Positions 45,006 through 54,464 of a DNA stretch of 64,000 bases are shown here, piece after piece. This DNA comes from a virus. The notes under the pieces were generated by a model. The model ran no database searches. It was not told the origin of the DNA and was given only the letters and a program-made list of their open reading frames with translations. The position numbers were made by a program, and so were the translations under genes. The stretch is taken from the IMG/VR virus record IMGVR_UViG_3300029786_000322. One strand, 5' to 3'. Each line of letters opens with the position of its first letter. Position 1 is the stretch's first letter.

Positions 45006-45761
45006 ATGAAAAAAATAATAAAGCGTATGCTTCAGGCAAAAACAAAAGAAGAACTTTTGACATGCGAGGTAGATCTGCAGATTCAATACAATCATCTTTC
45101 AGAAGAATTGTTGGAGGATGGTGCGATAAGTGAAAAGGATTACGAGGGAATTTTGACGTTTTACCGTTCCTCTCGAGAATTGTTGGTGGATATTAATGAG
45201 AAAGCAGAAAATTTACAAAAAAAATTTCCGAGAGCCATTGAGATTTTACAGCTTGCGATTTTGTACTATTCCCGAGAAATTCTGCATTTGTTGTATTCGG
45301 GATATTGGGATAATCTGCTTGTGATGAAGGGTAAGAAAAAAGAGCGGTTTGTTAATCTGGTTGAAGAACTTGAAAAAAGCCAGATGGGATTATTCCTTGG
45401 TCTGTGGCAGTGCTTTTCTTTTACAATCATCGGTATTGGGGATTACAAAAAGAGGTCAGAAAGCCGGAATCGCAAAAGGTGGACTGAATATTGTACTGTA
45501 TTAGAGTTGGATCAGCCAGAGGAAATTACTATTTATAACAATGATTATGAAGAGCTTTTGAATCATTCTTTAACTTCCTTTGGTGGAAGCCTGTTTTCGC
45601 AAATTGTAGACAGGTGTCTCGGGCAATACATTGCTTATTTTACAAAGATCGAATACATACTCAATTATCAGCCGATTTTCGTAGGTGCGGCATTTACATT
45701 GTTAAAAATTATAGCAGAAGAAAAGAGAAAATCGCAGAAAACGGAGGTGCAAAAGATGTAA
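45006..45761 (+). CDS. hypothetical protein, 251 aa
   Basis: RBS AAGGAAGTGAATGTATG. Confidence 0.55.
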   Translation: MKKIIKRMLQAKTKEELLTCEVDLQIQYNHLSEELLEDGAISEKDYEGILTFYRSSRELLVDINEKAENLQKKFPRAIEILQLAILYYSREILHLLYSGYWDNLLVMKGKKKERFVNLVEELEKSQMGLFLGLWQCFSFTIIGIGDYKKRSESRNRKRWTEYCTVLELDQPEEITIYNNDYEELLNHSLTSFGGSLFSQIVDRCLGQYIAYFTKIEYILNYQPIFVGAAFTLLKIIAEEKRKSQKTEVQKM

Positions 45762-45941
45762 AGTAAGGTCAGAAAATTAAAATAGATTAATGCGGCGGTA
45801 AAGATTGCAGCAATCATTGTAATTTTTTTGTTTCTCTGATTGTTTTTGGAATCGGATTTGCAGATTTGTCATTTTACACAAAAATCGGGGGAAGACAGCA
45901 TTGGTACAATCTATCTCTATTTGTCCATCATCGTGACAAAT

Positions 45942-46040
45942 GTTGCACTCCCGCGGAGGGGGTGCATGGATTGAAATCGACTTTCGAAACGGTAATTGGA
46001 TTTTACTACGCTGCGTCCCCGCGAGGGGCGCATGGATAAA
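45942..46040 (+). CRISPR. mini CRISPR array G: 2 repeats, 1 spacer
   Basis: GTTGCACTCCCGCGGAGGGGGTGCATGGATTGAAAT, a 32-nt spacer, then GCTGCGTCCCCGCGAGGGGCGCATGGATAAA. Confidence 0.5.
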
Positions 46041-46064
46041 GAAACAGGGAAAGGGAGGGAACGT

Positions 46065-46463
46065 ATGAGTATATTACAAAATGTTGTCGATGAGTATACA
46101 AAAGATTACCATCCGACGGAGAAGCAATTGGATACGGTGGACGAACTTTATACAAACAATAGGGAATTGGATGTTGGTAAGTATTACGGTGATGCCTCAA
46201 TGGTTATCGGTGGAGCAAGAGGAGATATAGCTGCAATGGAAACGATCGCAGGTGTTTGCGCCCGCCTTTGTACAAAACCAGAGGAGGATATGACGGCGGC
46301 TCCGCAGATTGCGGCAGGTGTGCATGCCCGCTGGCCTGACGAGCAAATGGTTCTTTCAAAGGCGGACGGCGGGATGTCGTTTTCTACAAAAATGGATGTT
46401 GTTCGGACGTGTTTTAACGAGAATGACGTGCAGGTTGTGATTGATCCGAAGAGGGAGGTTTGA
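46065..46463 (+). CDS. hypothetical protein, 132 aa
   Basis: GGGAGGGAACGTATG RBS. Lies 25 nt downstream of mini-array G. Confidence 0.5.
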   Translation: MSILQNVVDEYTKDYHPTEKQLDTVDELYTNNRELDVGKYYGDASMVIGGARGDIAAMETIAGVCARLCTKPEEDMTAAPQIAAGVHARWPDEQMVLSKADGGMSFSTKMDVVRTCFNENDVQVVIDPKREV

Positions 46464-46467
46464 AAAA

Positions 46468-47004
46468 ATGAGAAAAAATAAGATTCTTGGAAGAGTAGCA
46501 GCGTGCGTAGCTGCAGGCGTGCTTGTACTTTCAAGTTGCACAGCTTGTGGCGTCAATATATACAGCACTATGGATGACAAAATTGATCTTGTGATTGAAG
46601 GGGAGAAGAACATTGCGCAAATTTCATCCATTGTCGGATCACCGGTGGCATCATTGACTTCAAAAGATAATGTATTGGTAGTCAGGTATAAAAATGGCGC
46701 ATCTTACACATCTGGAATAAAACGTGACGGATGTAAGCTGATTTTTACAAATAAGGTTACAAATACAAGCAATGTCCTTTCAGATCAGCAAGTTAAGGAC
46801 GTCATCTGTTACTCATTTGAAGACTATATGGATAACCAGGATGTGCAAAAAGTAGTAGATGAGATCTGCCATGCGTATAAAGAGGACATGCTTTACAACG
46901 GTTCGTTTAAAGACGAGGGCATAAAATACGATGTATTGTTTGTTACGAGTGATCGAGGTGAAGAGTTGAGGGACGTTACCCTGCAGATAACTGCAAAACA
47001 TTAA
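46468..47004 (+). CDS. lipoprotein
   Basis: GGAGG RBS. Signal peptide ...VLVLSSCTAC. Confidence 0.55.
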   Translation: MRKNKILGRVAACVAAGVLVLSSCTACGVNIYSTMDDKIDLVIEGEKNIAQISSIVGSPVASLTSKDNVLVVRYKNGASYTSGIKRDGCKLIFTNKVTNTSNVLSDQQVKDVICYSFEDYMDNQDVQKVVDEICHAYKEDMLYNGSFKDEGIKYDVLFVTSDRGEELRDVTLQITAKH

Positions 47005-47024
47005 CAATAGGAAGGAGAAAATTA

Positions 47025-47792
47025 TTGAAGAAGAGAATAGTAGTTTCGGTGATTGAAATTCTGCTGGCATGTCTGGTTATTGTTGCAATGCTTTTTGGTA
47101 CTTTTTATGTCAGCCGGAAAATTGATCAAAGATTTTTTACAGGTAAGTCCTACATATATTTGTATCCAGAAGAAGATAACACACCTATTTCTGTTAGTCT
47201 TTCTGATGATACGGTGTATGCGTCAGAAGATCCTTATCCAACATTCAGTCATGAAAGCACATGGAATGTCAAGGGAGACCATGATGGTTTTATTGAGTGT
47301 AATGGAGAATATTATAACAAATTGGGACGAAAAGTGGAGGGATTTGATTGGAAATGGGATTTCCGTAAGGGATACTGTGTTTCAAAGGAAGAAACATATT
47401 CGTTTATATATAAATCATTGAAACAGCTTGGCGTGAATGATTTTGAGGCAAGGAAATTCCTACATGACTTACCATGGATGGATCGTTCTCCATATAATGT
47501 TATTTCGTTTCAGTCAGATATATATCAGGACCATGTGAAGCTGAAAACGGAACCGGAGTCTGATACCGTGAACCGTATATTTATGGTTTGGTATCCGTCA
47601 AAAAAGAAAATTAATATTGAACCTCAGAAGCTTGCTACTTTGAAAAGAAAAGATTTTGATGTTCTTGAACTAGGTTATACGGAAACGGAAAAATGGATGT
47701 GCGTTTTTTCAAAGGAAGATCGATTTTATCCAAGACCGTTTTTGTCTTTTCATCCTGAAATAAGAAAAATAATGGATAATATCAGGAAATAG
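47025..47792 (+). CDS. membrane-anchored protein, 255 aa (TTG start)
   Basis: RBS GGAAGGAGAAAATTATTG. N-terminal TM helix. Confidence 0.5.
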   Translation: MKKRIVVSVIEILLACLVIVAMLFGTFYVSRKIDQRFFTGKSYIYLYPEEDNTPISVSLSDDTVYASEDPYPTFSHESTWNVKGDHDGFIECNGEYYNKLGRKVEGFDWKWDFRKGYCVSKEETYSFIYKSLKQLGVNDFEARKFLHDLPWMDRSPYNVISFQSDIYQDHVKLKTEPESDTVNRIFMVWYPSKKKINIEPQKLATLKRKDFDVLELGYTETEKWMCVFSKEDRFYPRPFLSFHPEIRKIMDNIRK

Positions 47793-47817
47793 ACGATTTT
47801 AGGAGAAAAATTGATTT

Positions 47818-48018
47818 ATGGGATCAAAGGATTTTATTTTTTATTATTACATAGTTTGCGGAATATTATTTATGGTATATGGATTCGTGTTGATTGGCGG
47901 TTTTCTTAAAATGAAAAGCAACGATACTGGTGTGCCTTATCTAATAGTAGGTATTGTTGAAATTTTTTTAGGTATTTTATTGATGTTTTTGTTGTGGAAA
48001 ACAAAATTTGCTTATTAA
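47818..48018 (+). CDS. small membrane protein, 66 aa
   Basis: Two TM helices. Confidence 0.4.
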   Translation: MGSKDFIFYYYIVCGILFMVYGFVLIGGFLKMKSNDTGVPYLIVGIVEIFLGILLMFLLWKTKFAY

Positions 48019-48040
48019 AAAAGTGATGGAGGAAAGATTA

Positions 48041-48427
48041 TTGAAGAAGAGAATAGGAATGCTTACAGTAATTGGATGTATTTTTTTTAGTGGAATGTTT
48101 GTCGGTGGATGCAGAATGCCGGATACGGTTAAAGGAACATTGTCGTCAGATGGAACTATCTATGATGTTGAGTCGTACAAGTTGAGTGGAGACGTTACGT
48201 TTCTTCCAATTTCTGTACAGAAGATTGATAACCACAGTGCAGAGTCGACTGTGATTACAGAATTTGTTAATATCAAGGATAAGACGGTGTGGATGCAGTC
48301 GTACAAAGGATATTATCGGGCAGACAGTGGTGTTGGGCAGAGCATGGTTCAAGAACTTGATCCGGATGGAAAACCGAAGCTGTACTCCGGGGATATTAAC
48401 GAACTGATCAAAAAATTTCAGAAATAA
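48041..48427 (+). CDS. putative lipoprotein (TTG start). Its C-terminal 22 aa are shared with 33521-34444
   Basis: GATGGAGGAAAG RBS. Start context paralogous to 47025. C-terminus DPDGKPKLYSGDINELIKKFQK. Confidence 0.45.
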   Translation: MKKRIGMLTVIGCIFFSGMFVGGCRMPDTVKGTLSSDGTIYDVESYKLSGDVTFLPISVQKIDNHSAESTVITEFVNIKDKTVWMQSYKGYYRADSGVGQSMVQELDPDGKPKLYSGDINELIKKFQK

Positions 48428-48445
48428 TAAGGTTACTTTATAAAA

Positions 48446-48472
48446 CTGCCTCGTTTTGGGGCAGTTTTTGTT
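48446..48472 (+). terminator. rho-independent terminator
   Basis: CTGCCTCG-tttt-GGGGCAG followed by TTTTTG. Confidence 0.65.
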
Positions 48473-48509
48473 TAAAATTTAAAAAATGAAAGAAAATACA
48501 GATTTGACT

Positions 48510-48536
48510 TTGACGATTTTATAAATGGCGCAATAT
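48510..48536 (+). promoter_or_regulatory. conserved promoter-like element copy 11
   Basis: TTGACG-N11-GGCGCAATATGTATAGTG. Confidence 0.65.
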
Positions 48537-48818
48537 GTATAGTGAATGGAGAAATAGGGGTTCTCTTAAATCTTAACTTAGCCAATTCAAGGCTTAAAAA
48601 ACATTACAATAACAGAAACGGAGGAAAAATTATGAAGAAAAGAACAAAATTAGTAGGATTGATCCTTTTGGCAGCACTTTTGACGGCCACTTTTTCTGGG
48701 TGTTCCTATGAAGAGGAATATGTTCCAGTAGATACACAGACTGATGTTTTACAAAATACCGAAAACAGCAATGGCACTGTAAGTATTCCAAACTTAATAT
48801 GATACGGGAAAGTATTCT

Positions 48819-49307
48819 TTGAAAAACTGGCATGTAACGGATACAAAGTCGATCAACATGAATGTGCATACCAAAAATTTGCTGGATGGGTATGATGTCA
48901 TGGTGGAGCATATGCATGCAGACATCTCACTTGTAAGCACATCTCCGCAGATTAACGGTATTACACAAGATTCCATGGATAATTCTTTCCACGGAAACAC
49001 CCAGGACGGTTTTGTAATTGATAATAAAACAAGCTATTACCGGACTTTCGCAATAGAAGGATACACGGATCAGTTTTACCAGTTATGGGGGTGTGCATTC
49101 GGAGATTTCGGAACTCTAAGCAGTACTTATAAACGTTTGACAGAACTCAATATTATTAAAGTTGGGACATATGCTGAACGCTTATCAGTTGTTTATGATC
49201 TTGCCATCAAGGCTCCAGGCGATAAGAAATACCATTCCACTTCTGTAAAGAGTGAGATTTTAATCCCCGTCAGCCAGAATGTCAAAACAAGAACCGTGGA
49301 ATATTAG
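48819..49307 (+). CDS. hypothetical protein, 162 aa
   Basis: Clean ORF. May be fused by a frameshift with the small lipoprotein-like ORF at 48632-48802. Confidence 0.4.
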   Translation: MKNWHVTDTKSINMNVHTKNLLDGYDVMVEHMHADISLVSTSPQINGITQDSMDNSFHGNTQDGFVIDNKTSYYRTFAIEGYTDQFYQLWGCAFGDFGTLSSTYKRLTELNIIKVGTYAERLSVVYDLAIKAPGDKKYHSTSVKSEILIPVSQNVKTRTVEY

Positions 49308-49318
49308 GAGGTCAGGTC

Positions 49319-49600
49319 TTGAGGATTTATATAAAGAATAAAAATAACTTTGGAGATTTTCTGATTCTTATTTTTGTCATCATTTTTCTAATCTTGTCAA
49401 TTATTCTTTCTATTGTATATGGTATAGATGCCCTTATAGCTATTACTGCACTTTTAACAATATGTTTTTGCGGAATAATTGCCGTTATGCTTATCATTTT
49501 GGCAATTTATGGCATGGTTATTCTTATAAAAAATACATTCGGGATAAAATTTGACAGGTCAGAGGGGAAAGATAAAAATGGGAAAAAGAAGAAAAAATAA
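49319..49600 (+). CDS. membrane protein, 93 aa (TTG start)
   Basis: TAGGAGG RBS. Three hydrophobic helices. Confidence 0.45.
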   Translation: MRIYIKNKNNFGDFLILIFVIIFLILSIILSIVYGIDALIAITALLTICFCGIIAVMLIILAIYGMVILIKNTFGIKFDRSEGKDKNGKKKKK

Positions 49601-49748
49601 GGAAATTCCAAAATACGCAAATCGAACAGGGTGGACCCAGCCGGTATATGCCTGTCCGACATGCGGGGCGCGTTTGATCAGTCCTGATACCTGTATTGAA
49701 TGCGGCCAGCGAATTCGATGGACGGATCCAAAAAATGAAGGATGGTGA
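49578..49748 (+). CDS. small zinc-ribbon protein
   Basis: CPTCGARLISPDTCIECG. Confidence 0.4.
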   Translation: MGKRRKNKEIPKYANRTGWTQPVYACPTCGARLISPDTCIECGQRIRWTDPKNEGW

Positions 49749-49752
49749 AATA

Positions 49753-50169
49753 ATGTCAGCACATAAAAAGATACCCAAGAAAATCCGGCTTCTGGTGTAT
49801 GAAAAATGCAACCACCGGTGTGCATACTGTGGATGTGAGCTGGAATACAAGGATATGCAGGTGGATCATGTAAAGTCTGTTTTTGCCAATACCGATGTCA
49901 GCCATACAATGACAGAAGAGGAAATGTATTCGGAAAAGAACTTTCTTCCGGCATGCCGGCAGTGTAACTTTTATAAGTCATGTGGTAACCTGGAGTCTTT
50001 CCGGGAAGCATTAACAAGCACACTAATGAGAAATCTGCAGAAAACATTTCAGTATCGTCTGGCAATTAAGTATGGACTCATACAGGAACATATTGAGCCG
50101 GTGCAATTTTATTTTGAAAAAATTGGCATTAACATAGATGCCTCAGATTGCGGTCAAAAGGAGGAATAA
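49753..50169 (+). CDS. HNH endonuclease
   Basis: YEKCNHRCAYCGCEL...VDHVKSV...ACRQCN. Contains the HNH His-Asn-His and Cys ligands. Confidence 0.75.
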   Translation: MSAHKKIPKKIRLLVYEKCNHRCAYCGCELEYKDMQVDHVKSVFANTDVSHTMTEEEMYSEKNFLPACRQCNFYKSCGNLESFREALTSTLMRNLQKTFQYRLAIKYGLIQEHIEPVQFYFEKIGINIDASDCGQKEE

Positions 50170-50193
50170 CATGGAAGATAGATATTTATTGCG
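49997..50193 (+). repeat. direct repeat copy 1 (HNH 3' end plus the start of the next gene)
   Basis: Repeated at 50671-50866. The copies flank a roughly 480-bp insert carrying two small ORFs. Confidence 0.7.
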
Positions 50194-50460
50194 GTCAGAA
50201 ATTGGAAATGAAATTTAACTTTCTTTGGTGTGGAAGAGAATTAACTAAAGAAAATTTTGGTGGAGTTTTTAATGATAAGTCAGATACGAAAGAGAGGATA
50301 AATTATGAAAAATAGTATCAATAATTGGTTCAAAAAGAATACTAAAGAAGAAGAAAAAATATTTAGACAAGGGTTACTTGCTTTTTTAATATTTATTATT
50401 GTAGTGATACTCTTAAAAGTATTTAGATTGGGAATTTTTTATGGGTAAAGGGAGAGAACA

Positions 50461-50655
50461 ATGAAAGTAATAACTGCAAGCACAATTGGAAATCTTATCT
50501 CAGCACACATAGAAGGGGATGAGAAAAAATTTCTCGCATATGCAAATTTTATTGCAGATGCATATGACGAAGCAGGAGAAGAGCGTAGTGCTAGAATTAT
50601 TAGAAAAAGGATAGACGGTACATATAAAAATGAACCACAAGTTACTTTGGATTAG
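50461..50655 (+). CDS. hypothetical protein, 64 aa, inside the insert
   Basis: RBS AAGGGAGAGAACAATG. Confidence 0.45.
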   Translation: MKVITASTIGNLISAHIEGDEKKFLAYANFIADAYDEAGEERSARIIRKRIDGTYKNEPQVTLD

Positions 50656-50670
50656 AACGATAAACTGACA

Positions 50671-50866
50671 CTTTCCGGGAAGCATTAACAAGCACACTAA
50701 TGAGAAATCTGCAGAAAACATTTCAGTATCGTTTGGCAATTAAGTATGGACTCATACAGGAACATATTGAACCGGTTAAATTTTATTTTGAAAAAATTGG
50801 AATTAACATAGATGCCTCAGATTGCGGTCAAAAGGAGGAACAACATGGAAAATAGATACTTATTCC
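50671..50866 (+). repeat. direct repeat copy 2 (includes a pseudo-3' end of HNH and supplies the RBS and start of the 50845 gene)
   Basis: See copy 1. Confidence 0.7.
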
Positions 50867-51279
50867 GTGGCAAGCGGATCGACAATGGTGAATGGGTGGA
50901 AGGATATCTGTCATACCCATTTTGCACGAAAAAGGGCAACGAAAGTTATTATTTCTACGCAAAGGATAGTTTGGGTTTCTTCTGTCGTTGTGTTGTAGAT
51001 GCATCTACTATCTGCCGGTGCACAGGATGTGAGGACATGAACGGTAAGCTTATTTTTGAGAATGATATTCTACACAATGGAAATTATTTTGTTGTTAAAT
51101 GGAATGCACCTTGTGCAAGATTTGACATTGTATTAAATAATTCACATAACATTCCAATAGGAAAATGGGAACCAATGATTTGTGATTGGGAAACCAATGA
51201 TTTTAAGGAATATAGAAAATCCGTTGATTATGAAGTTATCGGCAACATCTTTGACAACCCGGAATTATTGGAGGTGTAG
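50845..51279 (+). CDS. hypothetical phage protein (possibly YopX-like)
   Basis: AAAAGGAGG RBS. N-terminal RYLFRGKRIDNGEWVEGY loosely resembles YopX-family starts. Confidence 0.45.
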   Translation: MENRYLFRGKRIDNGEWVEGYLSYPFCTKKGNESYYFYAKDSLGFFCRCVVDASTICRCTGCEDMNGKLIFENDILHNGNYFVVKWNAPCARFDIVLNNSHNIPIGKWEPMICDWETNDFKEYRKSVDYEVIGNIFDNPELLEV

Positions 51280-51393
51280 GCATGATTAAAGGAAGAAAAG
51301 TATATGATCCGCTGACAAAAACATGGAGCACCGGATATTGGATTATGGATAATAAGGGTAATTATTATCCTGTGTGGTCGGAAAGGAATAGCC

Positions 51394-51588
51394 ATGACGA
51401 TTGATGAAGCAATTATCATCATGATTGTTCTAGGAATTATTTTAGTTGTTAATTCATTTAAACTTAAAGATGATGAGGATGATTGGTGGGTTGGTCTAAT
51501 AGGCGGTATTGTCGTATTTTTTTTGGGTGTTTTAACGATGATATTGGCATACAAATATCCGTCAATAATTCATTTATTGGAGGTGTAG
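51394..51588 (+). CDS. small membrane protein. Paralog at 56728-56949
   Basis: Shared block IVLGIILVVNSFKLKDDEDDWWVGLIGGIVVFF. Confidence 0.45.
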   Translation: MTIDEAIIIMIVLGIILVVNSFKLKDDEDDWWVGLIGGIVVFFLGVLTMILAYKYPSIIHLLEV

Positions 51589-51590
51589 GC

Positions 51591-51899
51591 ATGATTAAAG
51601 GAAGAAAAGTATATGAGGCGGCTGTGGAACGAAACAATGAAAAAACTCGGATAATTGATGGAGTTACAGAGTGTTGCGGATATTATGTTGGACCAGGTGT
51701 GTTTCAAGTGGAACTGTTAAATCCTGCCCTATTTGCGGAAGGAAAATTGAAAGGAGCAATGAAGAATGAGATTATATGCGGTAAATGCGGATGTGCTGGT
51801 CCGTATGTAAAAATTAAAGAATTTCCTAACAAGATGGACGCGCAGGGAAAAGCAAAGAAAACATGGAACAGGAGGGTAAATGATGGGAAGATTGATTGA
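51591..51899 (+). CDS. Cys-rich small protein. The N-terminal module MIKGRKVY recurs at 51282 and 52223
   Basis: GGAGGTGTAGGCATG context repeated three times. CGKCGCAGPY motif. Confidence 0.5.
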   Translation: MIKGRKVYEAAVERNNEKTRIIDGVTECCGYYVGPGVFQVELLNPALFAEGKLKGAMKNEIICGKCGCAGPYVKIKEFPNKMDAQGKAKKTWNRRVNDGKID

Positions 51900-52131
51900 T
51901 GCAGATGATGTAATATCATTGCTTGCCAATCATCATTTTGATGACAGCAAGGAAAATACGAAGATATTGAACGGCAGGGGTTGCTTCTGCGGTTGCCAAT
52001 CAGTGAAGATGCACCAGTGTATTCCATCGAGTATTGTTGCGGGAAAAACAAAAGTAATCGGTCTGGAATGTGTTTTAGAGGATTTTGCGAGAATTGTAGT
52101 GATAAGGCGTACTACATACGTGAAAGCGTAG
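51880..52131 (+). CDS. hypothetical protein. The N-terminal 26 aa are identical to 52392-52688
   Basis: MMGRLIDADDVISLLANHHFDDSKENT is duplicated. Confidence 0.45.
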   Translation: MMGRLIDADDVISLLANHHFDDSKENTKILNGRGCFCGCQSVKMHQCIPSSIVAGKTKVIGLECVLEDFARIVVIRRTTYVKA

Positions 52132-52222
52132 CTAAACAATGCAGCATTTGCGAAATTAATAAATCAGTATTCTTTACTCGTGAGGAAACAGAAACTAAGC
52201 TGAAAGAAATGGAGGAAAATCA

Positions 52223-52411
52223 ATGATTAAAGGAAAGAAAGTAGTAATAAACGACAAATACTATGTGTCAGAGAAAAATAAAGGCAAGATTTTTGAAGTT
52301 ACAAGTGAGCCGTATAGTGTATGCGGAACCGTAGTTGTAAAGCTGAAAGGCTTAAGCGGCTGTTATGCGTTGGATGGATTAGATGAGGTGAATGATGGGA
52401 AGACTGATTGA
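52223..52411 (+). CDS. hypothetical small protein
   Basis: RBS GGAGGAAAATCAATG. Confidence 0.45.
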   Translation: MIKGKKVVINDKYYVSEKNKGKIFEVTSEPYSVCGTVVVKLKGLSGCYALDGLDEVNDGKTD

Positions 52412-52688
52412 TGCAGATGATGTAATATCATTGCTTGCCAATCATCATTTTGATGACAGCAAGGAAAATACTGATTTGTTGATACACAATTTATGCAAGG
52501 AAGTAAAGAGTGTTCCAACCGCCTACGATGTGGATGCAGTTGTGGATAAATTAAAGCAGCGAAGCAAAGAATATAATTCTGGCGTTAGGCTTCATGGGAA
52601 ACCAGAAGAAATGATTACCACTGAAGCAATCGAGATTGTTAAAAGCGGTGGCGGTGGTGTAGATGCAATTAGATCTGTCGGCAATTGA
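52392..52688 (+). CDS. hypothetical protein, paralog of 51880
   Basis: See 51880. Confidence 0.45.
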   Translation: MMGRLIDADDVISLLANHHFDDSKENTDLLIHNLCKEVKSVPTAYDVDAVVDKLKQRSKEYNSGVRLHGKPEEMITTEAIEIVKSGGGGVDAIRSVGN

Positions 52689-53030
52689 GAATAGAAAACA
52701 GTTGGTGACTATGAGAGAAATCATACCGATCAATATCATGAATGTCCTTATTCCGACAAAGACGATGTAGACGATTGTATGGATTATTTTATGGGTGAAT
52801 GCCAGAACACATGCAGTTTCTGCCCTATGGAAGACAAATATGGAGTGATCTGGTAAATTACTTGTTGAGGGGAAAATAAGAATTTATTTTAAAAGGGAAA
52901 GGAAAAAAAATTATGGATCAAAATACTAAAGTGGTAGTTTCAGCAGCTATTATTGTTTACTGTATTTTCCGTATATTCCAATTCTTTCATATGAGATAGT
53001 GATACAGGTTGTAAAGGAGTGGTGATAAAG

Positions 53031-53657
53031 ATGGCAATAAAAGCGATTTTATTCGATACAGAGATGGTCAGGGCAATTCTGGAAGGTAGAAAGAGTTGCA
53101 CTAGAAGAATTGTGAAACCACAACAGCTCATAGGGATGTTGCCGGATAAATGCAAAAATGGAGCACCTGAAAAATTCTTGAAAGAAAAGAAACTCATGTT
53201 CAAACCATATTGCGATATGACAGATATAGAACTGATAAATACTGCATACAAAGCTCCATATCAGCCGGGCGATATTCTTTATGTCCGGGAAACATGGAAA
53301 AAGGCGCCGAACGGATACTATTACTACGAAGATTGGCAAAGGAATGACATTGCCGATGTTACAAAGTGGAAACCATCCATCCGCATGCCGAAAGAAGCAG
53401 CGCGTATCTGGCTGAAGGTTACGGATGTGAGAGTGGAGCGGTTGCAGGAGATCAGCGCAGAAAGTGCGTTGGCAGAAGGAGCAGATAAGTATATCCACAC
53501 AAATGGAGGACTTGATGAAAACATGACAATTACATCGTTTATAGGGATTTGGAACAGCACCATTAAAAAATCCGACATTGATCGTTATGGTTGGGATGCA
53601 AACCCCTATGTGTGGATTATCGAGTTTGAGCGGTGTGAAAAGCCGGAGGGAGTGTGA
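53031..53657 (+). CDS. hypothetical protein, 208 aa
   Basis: AAAGGAGTGGTGATAAAGATG RBS. Confidence 0.55.
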   Translation: MAIKAILFDTEMVRAILEGRKSCTRRIVKPQQLIGMLPDKCKNGAPEKFLKEKKLMFKPYCDMTDIELINTAYKAPYQPGDILYVRETWKKAPNGYYYYEDWQRNDIADVTKWKPSIRMPKEAARIWLKVTDVRVERLQEISAESALAEGADKYIHTNGGLDENMTITSFIGIWNSTIKKSDIDRYGWDANPYVWIIEFERCEKPEGV

Positions 53658-53661
53658 TGGT

Positions 53662-53955
53662 ATGTGTACAATGAAGTGGAAAGAAGTTGTCCCAGAACAA
53701 GATGACTGGGAAAAGCAAATAGACATCGTTGCCTATTATGGTAGTATCACCGTAGGAAGCATTGTTTATTGTGGCGAAGAGATAGGATGGCAGTCAGTGA
53801 TTGATGGCCACATGAATTTTATGCAAGCAGAATCCTTAGAGGATGCCAAAAGGGAAATGATTGATATATTGGAGGAGCACTGTACCGACCAAATCAACTA
53901 TTATAAGGAGTTACAGGGATATCTTGAAGAATTAAATGCAGCGGAGGTGAACTGA
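53662..53955 (+). CDS. hypothetical protein, 98 aa
   Basis: GGAGGGAG RBS. A 56-nt piece of this gene is duplicated at 54770-54826. Confidence 0.45.
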   Translation: MCTMKWKEVVPEQDDWEKQIDIVAYYGSITVGSIVYCGEEIGWQSVIDGHMNFMQAESLEDAKREMIDILEEHCTDQINYYKELQGYLEELNAAEVN

Positions 53956-54140
53956 TGGTTAAAGCAGTATTGATTATGGATATGCCGGAATCGTGCGATA
54001 TGTGCGATTTTGCAGACGATACACAGCCACCAAGGTATGGAGAGCGAACGTTGTATTGCAATGCTCCAGGTATTGGAGATGATGTGACAGATTATATTGC
54101 GTGCAGACCAGATTGGTGTCCGCTCCGGGAACTGCCATAG
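53955..54140 (+). CDS. small Cys-rich protein, 61 aa
   Basis: Overlapping ATGA start. CDMCDF...CNAPG...C. Confidence 0.4.
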   Translation: MVKAVLIMDMPESCDMCDFADDTQPPRYGERTLYCNAPGIGDDVTDYIACRPDWCPLRELP

Positions 54141-54233
54141 AAACAGTAAGTGAATATGCAAATCTTGTCTGGAAAATTGCAGGTTGGAATGTGTGCCTGG
54201 ATGAAATCTTAAAGTGAATGGGAGTAGAATTGT

Positions 54234-54464
54234 ATGAATAAACGAATTGCGAAAAAGAAATATAAGAAAGCTGTTGAGATCATAAAAAATCCTAAAGCAC
54301 ATGGATTAGCTTCAGTAATGATTATCAACCAAGCTTGTGTTGATACAAATGGGCAGCCGTGTGATCCGAGGGAAAAACCGGATTCAAGGATAATTCGCCT
54401 TAAACGTCCAAAGATCATCTATATTCGCGATTGCAAAACCGATAAGGAAAAGTGGAAGTGGTGA
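54234..54464 (+). CDS. hypothetical protein, 76 aa
   Basis: RBS GGGAGTAGAATTGTATG. Confidence 0.45.
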   Translation: MNKRIAKKKYKKAVEIIKNPKAHGLASVMIINQACVDTNGQPCDPREKPDSRIIRLKRPKIIYIRDCKTDKEKWKW

